A stretch of DNA of 64,000 nt, taken from the IMG/VR virus record IMGVR_UViG_3300034095_002552, positions 16,077 to 80,076 of that record; one strand, 5' to 3'. This stretch comes from a virus. Position 1 is the first letter of the stretch; each line of letters begins with the position of its first letter. The notes beneath the pieces are model-generated. The model had not been told where the DNA came from. It searched no databases and worked only from the letters and a program-made list of their open reading frames with translations. Below, piece after piece: positions 49,063 through 58,170 of this stretch. A program made the translations under genes and the position numbers.

Positions 49063-49532
49063 CTTTCTTTTTGAATTATTTCTTTTTTTGTTGTATAGTT
49101 AAAAAAATAAGCGTCATTTTTTTCGTTATTTTCTGAGAAGAAATCTTTTTCAATCCATAGGGCTTTAAATCCTAATTTTTTGAAAAACAAATGACCTTCT
49201 AAATATTTATCGCAAATTAAAACATCTATTTCTGTTCTATGTCCATTTTGCAATTTATCGGTTAATTGAGAAACCAGTACTTTTCCATAGCCTTTTTTTT
49301 GAAGTTCTGGCTTTATTCCGATATTTAAAATTTCGAATTTTTTGTTTTTTAATTCGTATACCATAAAACCAATAACTTTACTTTCTTCTTCTATAACTTT
49401 ACATATCCTATTTTTATCACTTAAACATTCTATAAAATCTTTTTCATTCCAAGGGTGAGAAAAACAATTTTTTTCTATCTCCGCAATTTCTTTAATATCA
49501 TCCTTAACAACCCATCTAATATTTTTTTTCAT
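49032..49532 (-). CDS. RimI-like GNAT acetyltransferase
   Basis: IEKNCFSHPW, VIGFMVYE, ILNIGIKPELQKKGYG, FFKKLGF, DAY. Confidence 0.88.
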   Translation of the reverse strand: MKKNIRWVVKDDIKEIAEIEKNCFSHPWNEKDFIECLSDKNRICKVIEEESKVIGFMVYELKNKKFEILNIGIKPELQKKGYGKVLVSQLTDKLQNGHRTEIDVLICDKYLEGHLFFKKLGFKALWIEKDFFSENNEKNDAYFFNYTTKKEIIQKERCILEQNEKG

Positions 49533-49546
49533 TTTTTCTCCGCTTT

Positions 49547-50041
49547 TTACTTTAATAAATCTTCGGCATTACAAAGACCATCATCTTTCTTTTCGTATAT
49601 ATCTCTATTCAATTTATCTAATTCTTTTCTAAGAGTATGGCCACGATTTTGAGCATTGTCATGATTTTTATCCCACGCCTTTAAATGCGATTTTATGAGA
49701 CCTACCGTGGTTTTTCTGTCGATAGTGTACTCGTAAAGCTTAACGCATTCAGAATTTGATTGAGCTTTAGCTTTGCAATAACCATCAGATCCGCCCTCGT
49801 CTTTAAATGATATGTAAAGCTCGTTAAATTTTGTTTCATAAGCAAGCTCTGCCATAGAAAGCTCTTTGTTAGATATTTCTAATTGCTTTCCATAATAGTC
49901 AATCCAAGCGTACTCTCTATCCATATAATTGCTTAAAGTAAATTCATTAAAAATCATATTGTCTGGATCTAGAACTAGATCTTTATTATTTACTTTTACA
50001 ACAATCTTTTCATTTGGTGCTTCTGCCATGTTATTCCTCAT
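49547..50041 (-). CDS. UvsY-like recombination mediator (tentative)
   Basis: Helical 164-aa protein next to the replicative helicase; probable start MAEAP. Confidence 0.5.
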   Translation of the reverse strand: MRNNMAEAPNEKIVVKVNNKDLVLDPDNMIFNEFTLSNYMDREYAWIDYYGKQLEISNKELSMAELAYETKFNELYISFKDEGGSDGYCKAKAQSNSECVKLYEYTIDRKTTVGLIKSHLKAWDKNHDNAQNRGHTLRKELDKLNRDIYEKKDDGLCNAEDLLK

Positions 50042-51557
50042 CTGCTTCTATTACACTATTGTTTTCATTTTTCTTAAAAGGTTTCTTTTTTTTATCTACT
50101 GAGTATGTGTCAAATTCAATGTCCTCAGATCTTTTTTGCTGCACAGAACTCAAAAGTTGTTTATATCTATCCTTCGATATTTCAAATATATCCAAAGTTC
50201 CCATGCTATAATCAAAACCCATTTTAAACGGGAATCTGGATCTTCCATCTCGATGCTTTATCACAAATCCACGACCAACCTCTGCATCTTTTTCTATCGT
50301 TTGCTGATTAATAGACCAAAATGCATCTAATGGCTTAAACTGATCAAAAGATGTTCCTATGTTTGATTCATCAATATACTGAGAAATTTCAAGCTTTGCG
50401 GCAGTCTGATTTGGTTGCACACAAGTCAAAGTACAATGCTGCTTTTCGACACCAAATCCTCTAAGATCTCTCAATATTTTGTACGCACTCTCGTATTTCT
50501 TAACATTAGGATCATCTTTCATTTCACCTACATAATCTATTATTATAAGCCCTGGCTTCCAACCCCTAACTTCAAGTTGTGAGCAAAATGCCCTAACACC
50601 ATTCACATCTATCGAGCCACCAGCAAATTGCTTAACAATTAATAGATTTTTCTCCTCTTTATCTTGAGAAAATTCAGCGAGTGTTCTTTTTACCTCTTCT
50701 TTGGATGTTCGCAAAAGATTTATATCTATTTTGGCGAATTGCGAAGTAAACCTTTGGGCAATTCCAACCTCATCCATTTCCATCGTTAAGTACAAAACTT
50801 TATGACCCAATAAAACATTTGCGACAGCAGCCTTTACCAATGCCAAGCTTTTGCCAGTTCCAGGCAAACCAATCCATGATCCAATCTGACCATGAAATAA
50901 ACCACCACCAGTTAAAGCATTGTCTATGGACTCAAAAGATGATGTATATCTTTCCTTTCCTTCAAACCGATTTTCCATTCTTTTAAACATCTCTTCGATA
51001 TTTAAAAAATATTCAAGACCAGGCTCATAGTTGCGATCTATACTCATCGCCTCACGCATTTTTTCGTAAACATAACTCCATGTCTTTTCGTCTTCTGGAG
51101 CTTCTGACATTTTTTGCAAACAATCATGAAATGCAACTTTGATTGCTTGAACTTTTGCAAAATAAGTAACTTTATCTAAGAGGTATTCTCTTGTTTCAAT
51201 CCCAGCAACATAATAGTCATATATCGCTTCCAATTCAGCTATATGATAGAGTTGAATCGATCTATCACGATCTTTTAGCTGATCACTTAAAGATTGTCTA
51301 ATAATATCTATGTCTGGACATTCTCTGTATTTCTCAAAGAAAGAAAAAAGCAATTTGCAAATTATAACATGTGCTTCATTACTGAAATAGGTAGGCTTTA
51401 ACTTGTCGATGCTTTGAACTAGCATGTGCTTATCCACAAGCAACATGCTAAGAAGCTTTCTTTGAAATGTATCATCCCATGAAAATTTTGACTTTATTAC
51501 ATCTGGGTCTGTGAGCGATTCTAACTTGTCTTGCTCTTCTGGTGTTAACTCTCGCAT
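50031..51557 (-). CDS. replicative DnaB/gp41-like helicase
   Basis: GLPGTGKS, YLTMEM, IIIDY, VQPN, IKHRDG. Confidence 0.92.
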   Translation of the reverse strand: MRELTPEEQDKLESLTDPDVIKSKFSWDDTFQRKLLSMLLVDKHMLVQSIDKLKPTYFSNEAHVIICKLLFSFFEKYRECPDIDIIRQSLSDQLKDRDRSIQLYHIAELEAIYDYYVAGIETREYLLDKVTYFAKVQAIKVAFHDCLQKMSEAPEDEKTWSYVYEKMREAMSIDRNYEPGLEYFLNIEEMFKRMENRFEGKERYTSSFESIDNALTGGGLFHGQIGSWIGLPGTGKSLALVKAAVANVLLGHKVLYLTMEMDEVGIAQRFTSQFAKIDINLLRTSKEEVKRTLAEFSQDKEEKNLLIVKQFAGGSIDVNGVRAFCSQLEVRGWKPGLIIIDYVGEMKDDPNVKKYESAYKILRDLRGFGVEKQHCTLTCVQPNQTAAKLEISQYIDESNIGTSFDQFKPLDAFWSINQQTIEKDAEVGRGFVIKHRDGRSRFPFKMGFDYSMGTLDIFEISKDRYKQLLSSVQQKRSEDIEFDTYSVDKKKKPFKKNENNSVIEADEE

Positions 51558-51714
51558 TTTGTTTATCTCCTGTTTAGGAAACTAACAAAAAACCCACACC
51601 GAGTAAATAGGGCTTTTAAAAATAAAGAGTGGAGGATTGTAATACTAGGATTTGAAATTATCTATAATGTATAAGTTCCCGACAATCTATTACCCCACTC
51701 TCCATTGACTGTAT

Positions 51715-52272
51715 TTATTCGCCATTAAGATAATCAAATTCAGATAGAGAAACTTGGCCAGATCGAATGGCCTTTTCTCTGGTTATTTTTTTGCCCATAC
51801 TTTTTTGACCATTCCAAACAATAGCCTTACAGTATGTGGCAAATTTCGTATCTATTTCAAGTTCAGCATTTCTATTTGGTCTTTTACTTTTTGAAATAAA
51901 TTTTTCAATAATTTTATCTAGAATGATTTCTTGCTTCATTCCAAACTTTTGTCTATTAGCACCATGGCGAGTTCTATTTTGCCACAAGTCTTTTAATTTG
52001 TTTATAATTTTTTCTATAAATAAATCGAATTTTTTATCAGAAACGCTATCAAAACACTTCTCAATATAAATTTGTCTTTTGTAATAAGATCCAGCCCTAA
52101 TAATTGAAAGTTGCAATTCTTGATTTATATCATCAAAATCATCAGTGTAATTATTTTTGCAATTCTTTTTTTGAAGTTGATGAGCAGCATAATAACAAAG
52201 CTTTCCAAAACTTTTATTTAATTCGTCAAATTCTTTAGATGTGATCGGAAATGACTGACAAATACTTTTCAT
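51715..52272 (-). CDS. sigma region-2-like protein with an insertion (tentative)
   Basis: FDDINQELQLSIIRA ... KFATYCKAIVWN, the two halves separated by about 75 aa. Confidence 0.45.
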   Translation of the reverse strand: MKSICQSFPITSKEFDELNKSFGKLCYYAAHQLQKKNCKNNYTDDFDDINQELQLSIIRAGSYYKRQIYIEKCFDSVSDKKFDLFIEKIINKLKDLWQNRTRHGANRQKFGMKQEIILDKIIEKFISKSKRPNRNAELEIDTKFATYCKAIVWNGQKSMGKKITREKAIRSGQVSLSEFDYLNGE

Positions 52273-52273
52273 T

Positions 52274-53647
52274 TTATTCTCTTTTGTTAATGTTAATTTT
52301 CTTTAGCTCTGATAATTTTCTTCCCGCATAACACGAAATATTTAAATTCATATCTGGGAACAAATGACTTTTAGAAAGCAAAACGGATTGTGATTCTAAA
52401 ATTACATCCTTTAAATTATCTCTTGTGCTATAAAGCATATAACCATCATGTACATTATAAGCGATTTTAGCTTTACCATTCAAGCTTTTGTATAATTGTA
52501 TAAGTTTTTCTAAACAAAATATTGCTGCTGGAGATTGAACTACGAAGTTTCTAGCCTTATATTCTTTTTCTAAAAATATTCTTTTTTTACCAAAAATATC
52601 ACAAACAGCATGTTCTTCTTTTGCCTTATTCTGAAATGATTCAATCCATGAGTATGCCACAGAAAATGTACTCTTTACCCTTTCTACTATTGATTCTGCT
52701 GCCTTTACTGGGAGTCCTAAATTTTCAGATATGGCATTTACGCCCATCCCATAAAAAATTGGTAAAAAGAATCGTTTACAAAGATTTCTTTTATCTTCCG
52801 AATCGCAAGATGTTTTTGTTATAAGTTCATATACAGAACTGTACACATCAGAACTTTCACAGACTTTTTGTAGTTCTGGATCTTTAGACAACCATTGAAG
52901 TACTTTTACTTCCATGCTCTTAAAATCAAAGTATAAAAATACTTGATCAAAATCTAATGGCTTAAATTCGAGCTTCTGATCTGGTGTTATGACATGAGGA
53001 ACATATCCCTTTGTGTATGCATTAAAACACAACAAACGACCATTTTCTTGACCATTTATCTCATAATACGCATGTAACCTATCTTGATCTAATATCCCAA
53101 CACATTCCAATGCTGGTATAACATCTAACATTAGCGGTAAATAAACACTTTTGTAAATGGATTGTAATTGTGGCCATTTCCCAGAATCCAAAACAAATTT
53201 AAGCCTTCTTAAACATTCGCTAAAATTTTCTGGCTTTTTTTGTCGTAAACCAAAAAATGATTCAATAATCTTCAAATCGATAATTGAACAAAAAAATTCA
53301 AATTTTATTTTGAATCTTCCAAAACAAAAAGAAACAAAATTTTTCCAATTCCAAGTCAATATCTTCTTGTTGCCTGAAAATATAGTTTTTGATGCAGCCC
53401 TGTTAAAAAGATTCATCATCCATGGATTGGACATAGGAATCTCATAAATGCCCTTTTTAGACGATATTACCAACCTATAGGCATCTTGCTTGCTTTTGTC
53501 GGTAAAGTCCAAAATATCATCATTGTAGGAGATGTATAATGTGCTTTCGGATTCTAGATCAGAAAACATTTCCATAAGCTGCATATAATTTGAAATAGTT
53601 TTAGACATAAGCTCAAATATACAAAATCCAATAGCAAATTGCAACAA
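52274..53647 (-). CDS. short family A DNA polymerase-like protein; probable start MSKTI at 53608
   Basis: Motif A FDFKSMEVKVL, motif B RNLCKRFFLPIFYGMG, NFVVQSPAA, motif C VHDG. Confidence 0.85.
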   Translation of the reverse strand: MLQFAIGFCIFELMSKTISNYMQLMEMFSDLESESTLYISYNDDILDFTDKSKQDAYRLVISSKKGIYEIPMSNPWMMNLFNRAASKTIFSGNKKILTWNWKNFVSFCFGRFKIKFEFFCSIIDLKIIESFFGLRQKKPENFSECLRRLKFVLDSGKWPQLQSIYKSVYLPLMLDVIPALECVGILDQDRLHAYYEINGQENGRLLCFNAYTKGYVPHVITPDQKLEFKPLDFDQVFLYFDFKSMEVKVLQWLSKDPELQKVCESSDVYSSVYELITKTSCDSEDKRNLCKRFFLPIFYGMGVNAISENLGLPVKAAESIVERVKSTFSVAYSWIESFQNKAKEEHAVCDIFGKKRIFLEKEYKARNFVVQSPAAIFCLEKLIQLYKSLNGKAKIAYNVHDGYMLYSTRDNLKDVILESQSVLLSKSHLFPDMNLNISCYAGRKLSELKKININKRE

Positions 53648-53679
53648 ATATAATTTGAGACAAATTTTATCTTAAATTA

Positions 53680-54140
53680 CATTAAACCGAGTGCCGACTT
53701 AGCTTTGTTTATTGTTATATATAAAGATTATTGTGTAATAAGCTTATTATATATAATTGAATAAGATATTCTGTGTTTAAACATAACTTCCCTCATTCAA
53801 TCCAATAAAAAAGTAAGTTAAACCCTTAAACTACAATGTTTAAAGATTCAATTTACAAAATCAATTAGTATCAATTTATGTTTTAAAACTCTTAGTTAGT
53901 CTATTCCCTTGTCTGCAAGAATAGAAGTCGGCTATTTATTTCTAATCTAAGGCTTACTTAACATTCGGGTGTAACAATGGTTCTCGTTGCACCATTCGTG
54001 ATTTTTCACTACAAAGACTTACCCGCTATGGGCCACCCAAGTTTTTTTTCCAATATCTCTTAGTTGGGATACTTTCATACTAAGATTTAGAGGGGAAGAG
54101 AAAGCTTCCATCTTCGTTTTTTATAGTTCTGTAACAAGTT
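53680..54140 (-). ncRNA. candidate structured non-coding RNA or long leader (alternatively a replication origin)
   Basis: Longest ORF-free gap in the window; long-range GCCGACTT/AAGTCGGC pair and several hairpins; promoter TTGTTT-N17-TATATT at 54175-54147. Confidence 0.4.
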
Positions 54141-54230
54141 GTAGATAATATAACATGAATTGATTAAAAAAACAAATATATTATGTTTAAATAACATGAT
54201 CTCTTGTGAATAAAAGGAAAATAAGCTAAA

Positions 54231-54932
54231 ATGATCAATCATGAGGATGTTGAAAAAATGATTGAAAAATACAAAATGGACAACTTAGAATCATTGGCAT
54301 TTAAGGTCTGTTTGATATGGATTGAAAAAAGTAGAAAAATATTTCCAAATTATAATCACATAAATCTTCGAAAAGGAGATCCTAGAAAATCTTTAATATT
54401 TAAGGTTTGTTATAAGCTTGTAAGAGAGACACAAGGACTTTTGGATGAATTTAATCATGGTTTGTATGTTCAGTCTCAATTAGATATTCTCAGACACATA
54501 AATATGGGAAAAGGACATCCTCTCGTAGATGTCAATTGTCTTGTTGGTGATAAAGCTTGGAAACGATGGAAATTATGGAAGAAAAAATATGACACCGTAT
54601 CTCAACTCAAAACAAAAATGCCTGAAGTTAAAATTTATAACGCCAAAATCTATGAAGCTATTAAAAAAACTAAAGAATTCATTGATAAGTCCATCGGAGT
54701 ATGCCCAACAATTGAGCAGTACAGAGCCTACGAATCAAGCAAACAGTTATACAGATGGATTAACTTTGGAAAAATATCACCCTATTATCTTATCTTGTCT
54801 CCATATATTGAAAAAATTATAAACAAAGATGATTTGAAAAAGTTAAACTTCGATCTGAACATTTACAAACAAGGTATTGATGAGGATGTGGTGGAATTTT
54901 TTAAAAAACAATTTGAATACGAATTCAAGTGA
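54231..54932 (+). CDS. hypothetical protein
   Basis: 233 aa with AAGGA RBS. Confidence 0.7.
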   Translation: MINHEDVEKMIEKYKMDNLESLAFKVCLIWIEKSRKIFPNYNHINLRKGDPRKSLIFKVCYKLVRETQGLLDEFNHGLYVQSQLDILRHINMGKGHPLVDVNCLVGDKAWKRWKLWKKKYDTVSQLKTKMPEVKIYNAKIYEAIKKTKEFIDKSIGVCPTIEQYRAYESSKQLYRWINFGKISPYYLILSPYIEKIINKDDLKKLNFDLNIYKQGIDEDVVEFFKKQFEYEFK

Positions 54933-54933
54933 A

Positions 54934-55623
54934 ATGCTACACTCAAAAAGTAAAAAACAATTAGTAGTTTCCAGATATGGAGAATCCATAGATTGGATTA
55001 AAAAAATTGAACATTTATTTCAAGATATAGTTATTTATGAAAAAAACAATTCGTCTAATTCGTATCATAAATACAAAACCATAGAATTAAAAAATGTTGG
55101 TAGAGAATCACACACTTATTTACATCATATTATTGCCAATTATGAAGAGATATCTACATATGACAATATACTTTTCTGTCAGGCAAATCCATTTGATCAC
55201 TGTAGTGAATTTTTAGACAAATTAAAGATATCGGATAATTATACGAATGATCCATTTTACTTTAAAAAAGTTGGCTCGCATGAAATTACTTTTTATTATG
55301 AGCCAATCGAAAAGGTCCACCCCATAGGATTACCAGTATTCAATTTTTATTATCATCTTTTTTTTGATTCATATATGAAGAATTTGGAACAAACAAGAAA
55401 TTCTTTAATGGTAATTCCAACAAATAATATAAAATTTAGATCAAAAGTTTTTTATGAATATCTTATAAAATATTTGAGCAATCGAAAAAATCCATTAGAA
55501 GGATACATCATAGAAAGACTTTGGGTTCCTATATTTGATGGAAAAACCAAAGATTGGATTAGTCATTATTTTTCTGGTAGAGATAAATTCTTAGGCATGT
55601 GGAATAATCAAAAAATCGAATGA
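54934..55623 (+). CDS. DUF3431-like protein
   Basis: LVVSRYGESIDW, IYEK, NVGRESHTYLHHII..Y, FCQANPFDH, IERLW; start re-called at ATG 54934. Confidence 0.75.
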   Translation: MLHSKSKKQLVVSRYGESIDWIKKIEHLFQDIVIYEKNNSSNSYHKYKTIELKNVGRESHTYLHHIIANYEEISTYDNILFCQANPFDHCSEFLDKLKISDNYTNDPFYFKKVGSHEITFYYEPIEKVHPIGLPVFNFYYHLFFDSYMKNLEQTRNSLMVIPTNNIKFRSKVFYEYLIKYLSNRKNPLEGYIIERLWVPIFDGKTKDWISHYFSGRDKFLGMWNNQKIE

Positions 55624-55625
55624 TT

Positions 55626-56456
55626 TTATTTTTTTTCGTTAATCAATATCATTCCATAATTATTTATTCCATCTGGTATTATCAAACCTTCTTTTTTTAT
55701 TAGTTTATTATTTTTAAAAGGCTTGTAATTAACTTGATGGTGCCATCTGCCAAATTTCCAAGTTACCTTTGCAACATCTGGATGCTGATCTACTAACGAT
55801 TGTGCAAATTCTTTTCTGTTATCTGTTTCTTTATAAATTTCATTTGTATTTCCTCCTTTCATTCTCATTGTTGTAACTTTTCCTGCGAGAAAAGCATTAA
55901 ACAATATCGTACAATAGCCATCTTTTAAAGCCCTTAAACTTAAATCTGTGTCCTCGTTATATCTACCTCTCCACCTATAAGGCAAATCATTTTTAAGCAG
56001 TATACAAGAGTAAATTCTTGTGTTTAGATAGTATGGTGGCACTTTGTCTGTGGTTTTACAAAATGAATAATAGTTAAATCCACTTATCGCCACATTCTCA
56101 TATCTGTCTGTAAAATCTTCCGCACATTTAAAAACTGTTCCCGATGAAACTACTGGCTTTGCATTTCTATTTAATCTGTGAAAACCTTCTATATTATCAT
56201 CTAAAATCCAATGTCTTTCATGTCCTTCCGCAATAGAATGTTCCCATACCCAATTTCTTGCAGGTATAGATCCTTGACCCAAATTACTAAATGGAAGTAA
56301 AAGGATGTTTTTTGTAATGTGTTTATAATCATTTATTTCTTGTGGCTCAATCACTAATTGAAAAGGAACATTAATCTTCAAAAGCTCTCTTGCCGTTAAA
56401 CAAGATTTACCTCTACCTTTTGATATAATGTAAAATGGATATTTGGGATTATTCAT
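55626..56456 (-). CDS. TET/JBP-associated (GREB1-like) glycosyltransferase
   Basis: YIISKGR, ARNWVWEHS, HWILDDNI, RIYSCIL, GRYNEDTDLSLRAL, MKGGN. Confidence 0.75.
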   Translation of the reverse strand: MNNPKYPFYIISKGRGKSCLTARELLKINVPFQLVIEPQEINDYKHITKNILLLPFSNLGQGSIPARNWVWEHSIAEGHERHWILDDNIEGFHRLNRNAKPVVSSGTVFKCAEDFTDRYENVAISGFNYYSFCKTTDKVPPYYLNTRIYSCILLKNDLPYRWRGRYNEDTDLSLRALKDGYCTILFNAFLAGKVTTMRMKGGNTNEIYKETDNRKEFAQSLVDQHPDVAKVTWKFGRWHHQVNYKPFKNNKLIKKEGLIIPDGINNYGMILINEKK

Positions 56457-57249
56457 TGTTTATTTTCTCCCAGTATGTTGGTCTTGCGTTCCATAATTTT
56501 GTATTTATTTTTTCATATCCATGAAGTCGCATTGCGGAACCAAAAACTCTACCTAACTTTTTATTCTCAATAAGTTCATCTGCAACAATATAGAATGGAA
56601 AGTGACCTATAGCTTTAGTATTGAACGAATTTGCAGCATATAAATTTTTCGGAGACATATGTTCAACCACATCGAATAAATGTTTTATTGGATTATTTAT
56701 ATGTTCAAAATATTCACTTGCAAAAACAATATCTACATTTTTTGGAATATCTAAAATAGATTCAACAATTTTAAAATCATTTTTTTCAGCTATGCTATTA
56801 CAAATAGAAAATTGCATAGTATTTTTTAAGTTTGTTCCAAATACTTCTGCATTAGGAAACAATTGTTTTAATGCTAAGGTTGAAAATCCTATTCCACATC
56901 CTAAGTCAACAATCACTTTTGGACTATCAGGGAACAATCCAAGCTTATTTATATTTCTAATATATTCTTTGGAATAGATCGACCAACACGCAACTAGTTC
57001 TGATAGATAATACGGATGGTCATAAACTCCATAGTCGGGATTACCATTTTCAACAGATTTATACCATCTTGATTCTAATTCTTGCCCTTCCCTTAATTCT
57101 TCTCTTAAATTTTTATCACCTTTTAAATATTTTATGGTTTGAATAATTATATCTTTGATTTTTAAATCGTTAATATTTAAAACATCATTAACAACTTTCA
57201 TGAAAACTTCTATTGTATCTTTCGTATTGTGCTGCAAAATATTATTCAT
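56449..57249 (-). CDS. class I SAM-dependent methyltransferase
   Basis: IVDLGCGIG, DIVFASEYFEHI; start re-called at MNNIL. Confidence 0.8.
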   Translation of the reverse strand: MNNILQHNTKDTIEVFMKVVNDVLNINDLKIKDIIIQTIKYLKGDKNLREELREGQELESRWYKSVENGNPDYGVYDHPYYLSELVACWSIYSKEYIRNINKLGLFPDSPKVIVDLGCGIGFSTLALKQLFPNAEVFGTNLKNTMQFSICNSIAEKNDFKIVESILDIPKNVDIVFASEYFEHINNPIKHLFDVVEHMSPKNLYAANSFNTKAIGHFPFYIVADELIENKKLGRVFGSAMRLHGYEKINTKLWNARPTYWEKINNE

Positions 57250-57553
57250 TTTCTTTACTTTCTTTTTCAATTTCTGGTTTGAAATCAAACTCAAGCTGAT
57301 TTGAGTCAACCCATTTCATTTTTGTTTTTTGAAAATGAGACTTGAATGGGAACCAAGCACTTTTAGTTTTGTTTGTTAGTTTCTGCCCTATAAGTTTTGC
57401 GAAATCTTGTAAAGATTCTTCGTTGTCAAAACGGAAGATAATTTTTGCATATGGTTCTTGTTTATTTTGAACAAATTCTGGCATGTCCTTCCATTCATCA
57501 CGCCAGTCATCTGTTTTGCCCACTTGATTTTCTTCAAAAATATTATCTTCCAT
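57242..57553 (-). CDS. small protein heading the methyltransferase/glycosyltransferase operon
   Basis: EWKDMPEFVQ...FRFDNEESLQDFAKLIGQKLTNKTKSAWFP; overlaps the next gene. Confidence 0.7.
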   Translation of the reverse strand: MEDNIFEENQVGKTDDWRDEWKDMPEFVQNKQEPYAKIIFRFDNEESLQDFAKLIGQKLTNKTKSAWFPFKSHFQKTKMKWVDSNQLEFDFKPEIEKESKENE

Positions 57554-57712
57554 TTTTCAATTCCTTTATTGGCAATTTTTCATTTTTTGCTTCTTAAATA
57601 TAACATGGTTTTGACTTAAAATTAAGTAATTTTAAACCATTTTTTTATATTTTTAAAAGTGTTTTACGACTGAATGTGTTTGTTGATCAAAAGATGAAAA
57701 ATTAATTTGAAT

Positions 57713-58165
57713 TTAATCCAGCCAATTATTGAATTCTCTAGAACTTTTAAATCCTTCATCTTTTTTTACAATATTTTCTTTTTTGTCTATGATTACATAA
57801 AAAGGTATTGCTTTAACATTGTATTTTGAAACTATTTCTTTGTTTTTATCAAGATCAATGTCTATGGTGAGATACAATAATTCTTTTTGTTTAATTTTAT
57901 TTTTAATTTTTGAAGTGCTGAATACTTCATGTTCCATTTTTTGACAAGGAATACACCATTTTGAAAAGAATACAAGTAATATTTTTTGATTAGAATTGTT
58001 AGCAGCAGAAATAATCTCTTTGTAATCATTTATTTGTTCTGCTGTATATAATTTTTCTTTATTGTAATTTTCTTTTGTGATCAATACATTTTCATTTTTT
58101 TTGTTTGTCAAAAAAATTAAAAGTAAACAAATTGAAGCCAAGGATATGTTTATAATGTTTTTCAT
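57713..58165 (-). CDS. membrane-anchored or exported thioredoxin-family protein
   Basis: N-terminal hydrophobic helix, FFSKWCIPCQKM, YNVKAIP (cis-Pro). Confidence 0.85.
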   Translation of the reverse strand: MKNIINISLASICLLLIFLTNKKNENVLITKENYNKEKLYTAEQINDYKEIISAANNSNQKILLVFFSKWCIPCQKMEHEVFSTSKIKNKIKQKELLYLTIDIDLDKNKEIVSKYNVKAIPFYVIIDKKENIVKKDEGFKSSREFNNWLD

Positions 58166-58170
58166 ATTTT

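Noticed and set aside
53680-54140. Group I intron in the large intergenic gap
   Set aside because: The flanking genes diverge, so there are no exons to join, and the core P7 motifs are not convincingly present
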